Positions 53,470 through 64,000 of a DNA stretch of 64,000 nucleotides are shown here, in pieces. Where the stretch lies: contig JAVHYY010000086.1 of NCBI GenBank assembly GCA_035221665.1, positions 1 through 64,000 on the forward strand. Reading direction: 5' to 3'. The stretch is from Okamejei kenojei. Lineage: Eukaryota. The notes beneath the pieces were generated by a model. That model had not been told where the DNA came from. It saw only the letters and a list, made by a program, of their open reading frames with translations, and made no database searches. The position numbers and the translations under genes are program-made. Each line of letters begins with the position of its first letter. Position 1 is the first letter of the stretch.

Positions 53470-54830
53470 TTACCTCTATTCAGAGATTTTCCCACTCGTA
53501 GCAACATCCTAACCACATCCACCCTATCCAACCCTTTCACTATTGTATATGCGTCAATTAAATCCCCTCCTCATTGTTCTGAACTCCATTGAGCACAGGC
53601 CCAGTGCCGACAAACGCTCATCGTAGGTTAACCTACTAATTTATGATAAACTTCCTCTGGACCCACTCCACACCCAGCACATCCATCCTCCGATACTGTG
53701 GCCAAAATTGCTCACAATATTCCAAATGCTGCCTTCTCGGCGCCTTATAAACTCAGCATTACAACCCTGTTTTGGGTACAAACCCGCTTGAAATAGATGG
53801 ATGCATTGAATTTGTTTTATTTAGTACCAATTCGACTTGCAGATTAACTTTTTGGGAATAAAACGTCTTTGATTAGAAGATGCTCCCACGCGTCACAGGT
53901 CATACACTACTCCAAGTTCATTTTCATCTCCGATTTCTGAATTATCTACCTATTTAAAAAAATAGTCTTCGCTTTTATTCCCACTAACAAAATGCAAGAC
54001 TCCACACTTTGCTACACTATTTTCCATCTTCCACCTTTCTGCCGCTCACCCAACCTGTCCAAGTCCTTCCGCAGAGTCGCTACGCTCTCTGCAGCATCTG
54101 ACCCTCCACCTACATTCGTATCATTCGCAAACCGACCCATGGGGATCTTCACCAGTCACCGGCAGCCAACCTGAAAAAAGACCCGTTTAGTGCCACGTTT
54201 TGTCTACTGGAATCCAGCCAACCTGCCATCCGTGCTAGTTAGTATCTGACCATTGATACCGTGGGCTTTCTTCGTCATTAGTCGCCGCACATGTTGCCCA
54301 TTATCAAAGTATTTCAAGAAATCTGAGTAGATAGACCACCGCTGTCTTGGGTATTTCCCTCTTCAATGGATCACAGAACTATTGTAAAACAAGACTGTCC
54401 CTTCAGAAAGCCATGCAGACTTCGACCTATTTTATCGTGAACTTCGAAGTACTACGCAATCTCAACCTTAATACTGGACTCTAAAATCTTACCAACCAAC
54501 AAAGGCAGACACAGCAGCCTACAGTCCCCCTATTCTGCCTTGCTGGCTTCTTGTGCATCGGGTTAACGTTGCCAATTTTCCAATCATCTGGGACGACACC
54601 TGCCTCTAGTAATTCTTAAAATATCACTGTGAATGCCTGCAACATCTCTGAAGCCTCCTCTTTCAGAACACTCGGGTGCAGTCATCAAGTCCAGGTGGCT
54701 AATGCACCTTCAGCCCGTTGATCATCCCAAGCACCTTCTAAAGAATAATAGGCACTACAATATCTACCACCCCCTGACTCTCTTGAATTCAGGCACGTTC
54801 CTAGTGTCTTCCATTATGAAAGACACCAGG
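53470..54830 (-). mobile_element. Old degenerate CR1 fragment
   Basis: Reverse-complement similarity to the CR1 RT and C-terminal regions. Confidence 0.65.
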
Positions 54831-55429
54831 AATGGCACCAGACGCGTTGTCGCTAAAACGTCTTTGATTAGAAGATGCTCCCACGCGTCACAGGTCATAC
54901 ACTACTCCAGCGCAGAACACAAGGTATCCATTTTCCGGAGAAATTAGCAACAAGAGCGCTATTCGGCCCACGTTCTGAAGGATGAAATGGAAGCAGCGGT
55001 CTCCCCTCCTCTTCATCGGCTGCCCCATCTCGCCGTACATGGCGTGGTCAGAGAGACGATATGATCCGTGTGGACTTTCAACAAGTCGGTGTAGGTGCAG
55101 GTTAAAGTGTCCTCCATTCTTTCTGCCCGGTGAAAGCGGATTCCCGCTGTCGCGAAATCGGCATTGCTCAGACTTGGAGCATGGGTGGCAAAAGTGTTGT
55201 TTTCATTTTAAAAGTAAACATAGACGACGTGATAGCGAGGATAAACCTACACGTCAAATTACCATGAACGTTCCCAGCAAATAATGGGATTGTATCTGTT
55301 CGAGTCTTACATAAACTTCCATACGATTTACCTTGTCATCTTTCCCCAATTACGTTCGCTGTCCTACTTCAAGTTTTGTCTATAAACGCCTGTCATTTGC
55401 CTACACCACACCGCCTGCGAGGGAGCAAT

Positions 55430-57263
55430 AGATTAGAAACATATAAACTTAGAAAAAAGGAGCAGGAGGAGGCCATTCGGCCATTCGAGCCTGCACCGAC
55501 ATTCGATATGATCATGGCTGATCATCCAACTCAGTATCCTGTACCTCCCTTCTCTCCATACCCACTGATACCTTTAGCCACAAGGGCACATCAAACTCCG
55601 TCTTAAATATAGCCAATGAACTGGCCTCAACTACCTTCTGTGGCAGAGAATTCCAGAGACTCACCAATCTCTGTGTGAAAAATGTTTTCCTTATCTCGGT
55701 CCTAAAGGAATTCACCCTTATGCTTAGACTGTGACCCCTTGTTCTGGACCTCCCCAACATCCGGAGCAATCTTCCTGCATCTAACCTATCCAAACTCTTA
55801 TGATTTTGTAAGTTTCTATAAGATCCCCCCTCAGTCTTCTAAATTCTAGCGAGTACAAACCAAGTTTATCCAGTCTTTCCTCATATGAAAGTCCTGACAT
55901 CCCAGGAATCAGTCTGGTGAACCATCTCTGTACCCCCTCTATGGCAAGGATGTATTTTCGCAGATTTGGAGACCAAAACTGTACGCAATACTCCAGGTGT
56001 GGTCTCACCAAAACCCTGTACAACTGCAGTATAACCTCCCTGCTCCTATACTCAAGTCCTTTCGCTATCAACGCTAACATAGCATTTGCTTTCTTCACTG
56101 CCTGCTGCACCTTCATGCCTTTCAATGATTGGTGTACCATGACACACAGGTCCCGTTGCATCTACAATTTTCCTAATTTGCTACCATTCAGATAATAGTT
56201 AATCCTCCTGTTTTTGCCACCAATGTGGATAACCTCACATTTATTCACATTATACTACATCTGCCATGCCTTTGCCCACTCATCCAGCCTATCCAAGCCA
56301 CCTTGCAGCCTCCTAGCCTCCTCCTCACACTTAACATTACCCCCCAGCTTAGTGTCATCCGCAAACTTGGAGATGTTGCATTCAATTTCCTCGTCCAAAT
56401 CATTAATATATATTGATATATAATATATAATAGCTGGGGTCCCAGCACTGAGCCTTGCGGTACCCCACTAGTCACTGCCTGCCATTCTGTAAATGATCCG
56501 TTTACTCCTATTCTTTGCTACCCGTCTGCCAGCCAGTTCTCTATCAGCATCAATACCGAACCCCCAATACCGTGTGCTTTTTGTTTGTGTACGAATCTCT
56601 TATGTGGGACCTTGTCGAAAGCTTTCTGAAAGTCTAGATATAACACATCCACTGGTTCTCCCTTATCCACTCTGCTAGTTACATCCTCGAACAATTCTAT
56701 AAGATTCGTCAGGTATGATTTACCTTTCGTAAATCCATGCTGACTTTGTCTAATGATTTCACTACTTTCCAAATGTACTGCTATCCCATCTTTAATCATT
56801 GACTCTATCAGTTTTCCCACTAACGATGTTAGACTAACTGGTCTGTAATTCCCCGTTTTCTCTCTCCCTCCTTTTTTAAAAAATTGGGGTTACATTAGCT
56901 ACCGTCCAAACCTCAGGAACTACTCCAGAATCTAAGGAGTGTTGAAAAATTATCACTAATGCATCCACTATTTCAGTGGCTACCTCCTTTAGTATTCTGG
57001 GATGCAAACTATCTGGCCTAGGGGATTTATCGGCCTTTACTCCATTCAATTTACCTAACACCACTTCCCGTCTAACCTGGATTTCACTGAGTTCCTCCAC
57101 CTTATTTGATCCCCGGTTCCCTGCTATTTCCGGCAGATTATTTATTTCTTCCTTAGTGAAGACAGAACCAAAGTAGTTATTCAATTGGTCTGCCATGGCC
57201 TTATTCCCCATGATCAATTCGCCTGTTTCTGACTGCAAGGGACCTACATTTGTTTTAACTAAT
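55430..57263 (-). mobile_element. CR1 LINE, 5'-truncated
   Basis: [46 protein letters not shown] on the minus strand. Confidence 0.95.
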
Positions 57264-58746
57264 CTGAGGTTATCCATGTAATTCTCATGTTATTCCACAT
57301 TAAGAGGATTTTGACGAACTCACCAGTGGGTTACTTAGCGAAGACGTAGCCATGTGTTCCATGACACAGGACATAAATACCACAGGAGGAAATGTCCCCT
57401 CCTTGACCACTCAGGAAAAAACCTTATAGTGTGGATGATCTATGCTGCAAGCTGTCTTATAGGGAACGGAGCTTCTCCCACTTGATATCCGCGAATGGTT
57501 GAAATCCTGCAGATTGAATTCAAAATTGTTCTCTGTATTTGCATGTTCCTCCATGTTTCAGGGATCCAGACTGCTTCTTCCACTATATTTGTGGAAATTA
57601 GGTCAACTTGGAAACGTTGTCAGTCTAACGGACGAAGACACTATTCGCTTCTTCAGACTGATGGTGGAGCTGGGAGAGAGCAGAGGCAGGATAAATCGTG
57701 ACACATAATAGCTGTACAAAGGCGAGGCAGATTCTTGTTAAAGAAGGAACTGCAGTTGCTGGAAAATCGAGGGAACACAAAATGCTGGAGAAACTCAGCT
57801 GGTGCAGCAGCATCTATGGAGCGAAAGATAAAGGCAACATTTCGAGTCTAAACCCTGCTTCAGGCTGATGGGTGATGGGGGGAGGCGGGGAGAAGAAAAT
57901 AAAAAGCAGGAGGAGGAGCTAGAGGGCTGAGGGTGAGGTAGGAAGGGGAGGAGACAGCAGGGGTTAACAGAATTGTGAGATCGATATTCATGCCAAGGAA
58001 CGAGGGAAGACGTATAGGGGCAGGTGAGCGAGGGAGGAGATAAATGTGATGCGTCCCTGTCACTTGACCGTACACATAGTCTTGCCTTGTTGTAAGTGAG
58101 GGCGCGCGAACCTACCATAGGTGCCGAAAGGCCATCCCTCCTACTGTTTGAGGAGGTCAATTTCCCCTTTTTGATATCTCAAAATGTTGTAACATTGCTA
58201 CAAATACGCCAGCATTTTGCGTTCATTTCTGATCTGCTGCGTTCATCCCATTTTTACAAATAGAACAATCCCACTATCACCCAGATTTGTTCCCGAACCC
58301 ACTTTTCCCACCGCATTACTACAGTCATGACGCCATATTCTCATAGCACCAGAGACCCTGGTTCGTACCTGACATCGGGAGCTGTCAGTGAAGAGTTTGC
58401 ACTTTCTCCCTGTGATGGTTTGGGTCCCTCCAGGTGCTCAGCTCTATTCCCACATGCCAAAGATGTGCTGATTTGTAAGTTCTTCGGCCGCTGTAATTCG
58501 CTCCCGGTGTGTAGAATGGGGACTCTCGGATCAGTTCGAGAACGTTGTATTATTTGCCCACAAATAAATTTGAAAACAAGCCCTTCGACCCATCATGCCC
58601 ACACCGGCATACATGTCCGAGCTACACTACTCCCACCTGCCCGCGATTGACCCACGCATCTCAGAACCTGTATTATCCACCTCCGTGGCTACTGTTGAGT
58701 AAACGACGGTATAGGCTGTGCCTCAAATACATCTTCTGGCTGCTTG

Positions 58747-59278
58747 TGAGGGGGGAAAAAGGAGGGGAAGGGCAATAGTAATAGGGGATTTAATTGTCCG
58801 GGGAATAGATAGGCGTTTCTGCGGCCGCAAACGAGACTCCATGATGGTATGTTGCCTCCCTGGTGCAAAGGTCAGGGATGTCACTGAACGGCTGCAGAAC
58901 ATTCTGGAGGGGGAGGGTGAACAGCCAGTTGTCGTGGTACATGTTGGCACCAACGATATAGGTAAAAAAAGGGATGAGGTCCTACAAGGTGAATTTAGTG
59001 AGCTAGGAGATAAACTTAAAAGTAGGACCTCAAAGGTAGTAATCTCCGGATTACTACCAGTACCACGGGCCAGTCAGAGTAGAAATAGGAGGATATTGCA
59101 AATGAATACGTGGCTTGAAAAGTGGTGCAAGGGGGAGGGATTCAAATTTTTAGGGCACTGGGACCAGTTCTGGGGGAGGTGGGACCGGTACAAACAGGAC
59201 GGTTTGCACCTGGAATGGAATGGAACCAATGTTCTTGGGGGAGTGTTTGCTAGTGCTGTCGGGGAGGATTTAAACTAA
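58747..59278 (+). CDS. CR1 ORF1 SGNH/GDSL esterase domain (partial)
   Basis: AIVIGDLIVR (GDS block altered), CLPGA, HVGTND, DGLHL. Confidence 0.9.
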
Positions 59279-62255
59279 TGTGGCAGGGGGATGGGTACAA
59301 GAGCAGAGAGGCAGGTGGGTGTAAAATGAGGGTAGAAGCAATAGGTAGCAAGGTGAAAAGTAAAAGTGGCAGGCAGACAAAACCAGGGCAAAAATCAAAA
59401 AGGGCCACTTTTCAGCAAAATTGTATAAGGGGTAAGTGCGTTGTAAAGACAAGCCTGAAGGCTTTGTGTCTCAATGCAAGGAGTATTCGTAATAAGGTGG
59501 ACGAGTTGAACGTGCAGATAGATATTAATGATTATGATATAGTTGGGATCACGGAGACATGGCTCCAGGGTGACGTAGGCTGGGAGCTGAACATCCAGGG
59601 ATATTCAATATTCAGGAGGGATAGAGAGAAAGGAAAAGGAGGTGGGGTAGCGTTGCTGGTTAGAGAGGAGATTAACGCAATGGAAAGGAAGGACATTAGC
59701 TTGGAGGAGTGGAATCGGTATGGGTAGAGCTACAAAACACTAAGGGGCAGAAAACGCTGGTGGGTGTTGTGTACAGGCCACCTAACAGTAGCAGAGAAGT
59801 TGGGGATGGTATCAAACAGGAAATTAGAAATGCGTGCGACAAAGGCAAAACAGTTATAATGGGTGACTTCAATCTACATATAGATTGGGTTAATCAAATT
59901 GGCAGGGGTGCTGAGGAAGAGGATTTTTTGGAATGTATGCGGGATAGTTATCTAAATCAACATGTAGAGGAACCAACGAGAGAGCAGGCTATTTTAGACT
60001 TAGTTTTGAGTAATGAGGAAGGGGTAGTTAGCCGTCTTGTTGTACGTGCCCCCTTGGGCAAGAGTGACCATAATATGGTTGAGTTCTTCATTAGGATGGA
60101 GAGTGACATTGTTAATTCAGAAACAATGGTTCTGAACTTAAAGAAAGGTAACTTTGAGGGTATGAGACGTGAATTGGCCAAGATTGACTGGCAAATAATT
60201 CTAAAAGGGTTGACGGTGGATATACAATGGAAGACATTTAAAGACTGCATGGATGAACTACAAAAATTGTTCATCCCAGTTTGGCAAAAGAATAAATCGG
60301 GGAAGGTAGTGCATCCGTGGATAACAAGGGAAATCAGGGATAGTATCAAAGCAAAGGATGATGCGTACAAAGTAGCCAGAAAAAGCAGCATACCAGAGGG
60401 CTGGGAGATATTCAGAGACCAGCAGAGGAGGACAAAGGGCTTAATTAGGAAAGGAAAAATAGATTATGAAAGAAAACTGGCAGGGAACATAAAAACTGAC
60501 TGCAAAAGTTTTTATAGATATGTGAAGAGAAAGAGGTTAGGTAAAACAAATGTAGGTCCCTTGCAGTCAGAAACAGGTGAGTTGATCATGGGGAACAAGG
60601 ATATGGCGGACCAATTGAATAACTACTTTGGTTCCGTCTTCACTAAGGAATACATAAATAATCTGCCGGAAATAGCAGGGGACTGTGGGTCAAAGGAGGA
60701 ATTGAGTGAAATCCAGGTCAGTCGGGAAGTGGTGTTGGGTAAATTGAATAGATTAAAGGCCGATAAATCCCCAGGGCCAGATAGGCTGCATCCCAGAGTA
60801 TTTAAGGAAGTAGCTCAGAAAATAGTGGATGCATTAGTGATAATCTTTCAAAACTCTTTAGATTCTGGAGTAGTTCCTGAGGATTGGCGGGTAGCAAATG
60901 TAACCCCTCTTTTTAGGAAGGGAGGGAGAGAGAAAACGGGGAATTACAGACCAGTTAGTCTAACATCGGTAGTGGGGAAACTGCTAGAGTCAGTTATTAA
61001 AGATGGGATAGCAGCACATTTGGAAAGTGGTGAAATCATTGGACAAAGTCAGCATGGATTTACGAAAGGTACATCATGTCTGACGAATCTTGTGGAATTT
61101 TTCGAGGATGTAACTAGTAGCGTGGATAAGGGAGAACCAGTGGATGTGGTATATCTGGACTTCCAGAAGGCTTTCGACAAGGTCCCACATAAGAGATTAG
61201 TATACAAACTTAAAGCATACGGTATTAGGGGTTCAGTATTGATGTGGATAGAGAACTGGCTGGCAAACAGGAAGCAAAGAGTAGGAGTAAACGGGTCCTT
61301 TTCACAATGGCAGGCAGTGACTAGTGGGGTACCGCAGGGCTCAGTGCTGGGACCCCAGCTATTTACAATATATATTAATGATCTGGATGAGGGAATTGAA
61401 GGCAATATCTCCAAGTTTGCGGATGACACTAAGCTGGGGGGCAGTGTTAGCTGTGAGGAGGATGCTAGGAGACTGCAAGGTGACTTGGATAGGCTGGGTG
61501 AGTGGGCAAATGTTTGGCAGATGCAGTATAATGTGGATAAATGTGAGGTTATCCACATTGGTGGCAAAAACAGGAAAGCAGACTATTATTTAAATGGTGG
61601 CCGATTAGGAAAAGGGGCGATGCAGCGAGACCTGGGTGTCATGGTACACCAGTCATTGAAAGTAGGCATGCAGGTGCAGCAGGCAGTGAAAAAAGCGAAT
61701 GGTATGTTAGCTTTCATAGAAAAAGGATTTGAGTACAGGAGCAGGGAGGTTCTACTTCAGTTGTACAGGGTCTTGGTGAGACCACACCTGGAGTATTGCG
61801 TACAGTTTTGGTCTCCAAATCTGAGGAAGGACATTATTGCCTTAGAGGGAGTGCAGAGAAGGTTCACCAGACTGATTCCTGGGATGTCAGGACTGTCTTA
61901 TGAAGAAAGACTGGATAGACTCGGTTTATACTGTCTGGAATTTAGGAGATTGAGAGGGGATCTTATAGAAACTTACAAAATTCTTAAGGGGTTGGACAGG
62001 CTAGATGCAGGAAGATTGTTCCCGATGTTGGGGAAGTCCAGGACAAGGGGTCACAGCTTAAGGATAAGGGGGAAATCCTTTAAGACCGAGATGAGAAAGA
62101 CTTTTTTCACACAGAGCGTGGTGAGTCTCTGGAACTCTCTGCCACAGAGGGTAGTTGAGGCCAGTTCATTGGCTATATTTAAGAGTGAGTTGGATGTGGC
62201 CCTTGTGGCTAAGGGGATCAGAGGGTATGGAGAGAAGGCAGGTACGGGATACTGA
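59278..62255 (+). CDS. CR1 ORF2 AP-endonuclease/reverse transcriptase (one frameshift at ~59709)
   Basis: LNARSI, ITETW, GDFN, SDH (endonuclease); [25 protein letters not shown] (RT). Confidence 0.96.
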
Positions 62256-62754
62256 GTTGGATGATCAGCCATGATCATATTGAATGGCGGTGCAGGCTCG
62301 AAGGGCTGAATGGCCTACTCCTGCACCTAATTTCTATGTTTCTATGTTTCTATGTTGTTCCGTACACCCGCTACCTTGTGTATTGAAAAGTTAGCCCTCA
62401 AATTCCCATTAAATCTACTCCGCTTAACTTAAAACCTATGTCCTCGGTTCCTCCATTCAACTAGTTACTTTTTATCTTAATTTATTTGAGAAATAATGTT
62501 AACAGATATTGTAACAGATTTAACTGTCCCCACGACGCATGAGATATCTGTGGCAGAGAGTTCCAGAGACTGTGTAAATATTTCACAGGCGACTCTGTCT
62601 CGGCCGTCGCATTGTTCCAATGGAAATTGTCATTGCATTCCGGATGCGGATCACCTTCTTGTATGGCTCTACATGCCAACCGTAAATTAACGTAAATGAC
62701 ACCCAGATTAAGGCGGCAACATTGTTAGTGTCATGGCGTTCGAGTTTAACAGCG

Positions 62755-63015
62755 CCACACACGCACACACACAGACACACAGACCACACACCATACACAC
62801 ACGAACACACANNNNNNNNNNNNNNNNNNNNNNNNNNNNNNNNNNNNNNNNNNNNNNNNNNNNNNNNNNNNNNNNNNNNNNNNNNNNNNNNNNNNNNNNN
62901 NNNNNNNNNNNNNNNNNNNNNNNNNNNNNNNNNNNNNNNNCACGCAACCACACGCACGCAGTACGCACACACACGCACGGACATACACATGCACGCGCAA
63001 ACGCACACACACACG
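62755..63015. repeat. (CA)n-type microsatellite spanning an assembly gap (62812-62940)
   Basis: CA/CG-rich simple repeats flanking an N run. Confidence 0.95.
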
Positions 63016-63099
63016 TGCCTACGCTTTCTATCAAATTCGCACATATGGCTAACCCTAATTATTCTCCCCACATTCACATGATATTCACGTTTTCCAGGC

Positions 63100-63975
63100 T
63101 TCAAGGTCAGTTTATAGTCACATGTACCAGTTAAGGTACAGTGAAATTTGAGGTACCCTACAGCCGTACGAAGAGCAAAGCCACTAGACACACAACCATA
63201 TAAAACTTAACATGTACATTCTCCACAATTCATTCCATCGAATTTAAATTCACGATCGATGCCCCCGTCCGGGTGATGGAACTCTCCCCGCGGCATGGAG
63301 CTATCGAGTCGGTTCTTCTTACCAGAGACCGCGGCTACACGATGTTAAAGTTCACAGGCCAAGTTGGAACTTCGATCCCCGATAAAGGGATGACAGGCTA
63401 CGCGATGTTAACATCTCAACGGACTGTTGGCCTACATCCACTGCTGATGTTCTGCCATTCGTCTACCATTCATCAACGAGTAACAATGTGTGATGGCCTA
63501 CCGACGGGCTCACCACCATGTTTAGTTTAGTTTAGTTTAATTTAGCTTACTTTAGATCCGTTAAGTTCAGTTTAGTTTAGTTTAGTTTAACTTCGTTGTG
63601 TTTCGTTTCGTGTAGATTAGTTTAGCGCGGAAACGGGCCCTTCAGCCCCTTGAGTCCGCTCCCACCAACGGTCTCCGCTCAATAATATTATCTACTCACA
63701 CTAAGGAGAATTTTTATTTATACCAAGCTAAATACCCTGGAAACATGCAAGTATTTGGAGTATGGGAGGAAACCGAAGATCTCGGAGAAAACGCATGCAG
63801 GACACGGGGAGTGTACAAACTCCATACAGACATGCACCCGCAGTTAGCATCGAACCCGACACCCGGGGCTCTTGCGCTGTAAGGCATCAACCCGAACGCT
63901 GCGCCACCGTGCCGCCCTGGCACGTTTGAGGAAGCATGAGCACATGATCGAACAACTTGACCAAAGATTCAACAG
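63100..63975 (+). repeat. Duplicate of ~20825-21810 (uncharacterised repeat, (tttag)n, SINE and flank)
   Basis: Same order and junctions, including unique flank after the SINE head (..gaagcatgagcacatgatcgaac vs ..gaaacaagagcacatggtcgaac). Confidence 0.82.
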
Positions 63976-64000
63976 CATTCTGCCAGAGCTTCCACACTCC

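Larger units (their letters stand above)
47740..53480 (+). repeat. Segmental duplication of ~80-5850 (GPCR exon 2, upstream region and old CR1)
   Basis: 47740-48990 matches ~80-1330; 50500-51010 matches ~2980-3510; 51220-53480 matches ~3590-5860, including the same junction past the CR1 tail. Confidence 0.85.
58747..62354 (+). mobile_element. Near-intact CR1 LINE (5'-truncated in ORF1)
   Basis: ORF1 esterase, then ORF2 EN-RT, 3' UTR and (tttctatg)3 tail. Confidence 0.97.

Noticed and set aside
54980-55180. Minus-strand TLTCTYTD, resembling V FR1
   Set aside because: No WYRQ, YYC or RSS nearby.

Overview
Repeat-rich vertebrate genomic DNA, almost certainly from a cartilaginous fish (probably a skate/ray; inferred from the CR1, SINE and VNAR-like content), with two N gaps. 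Retroelements dominate: many CR1 LINEs including one near-intact copy, one L1-clade LINE, Rex1/Babar fragments, a structurally complete DIRS1-type element and SINEs. Between them lies part of an antigen-receptor locus that the ORF track largely misses. It has three TCR alpha/delta-type V segments on the + strand (two with clear 23-RSS). It also has a compact VNAR-like V-D-J cluster at about 34.3-35.7 kb (22-RSS / 12-D-12 / 23-RSS, J with an EGxGT motif), best read as a NAR-TCR cassette. These segments alternate with three minus-strand copies of a two-exon rhodopsin-class GPCR (GPR139/GPR142-like), each inside a segmentally duplicated block, spaced 22-26 kb apart. All host genes carry lesions, but some single-base indels may be assembly errors. 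All translations and alignments were done by eye.
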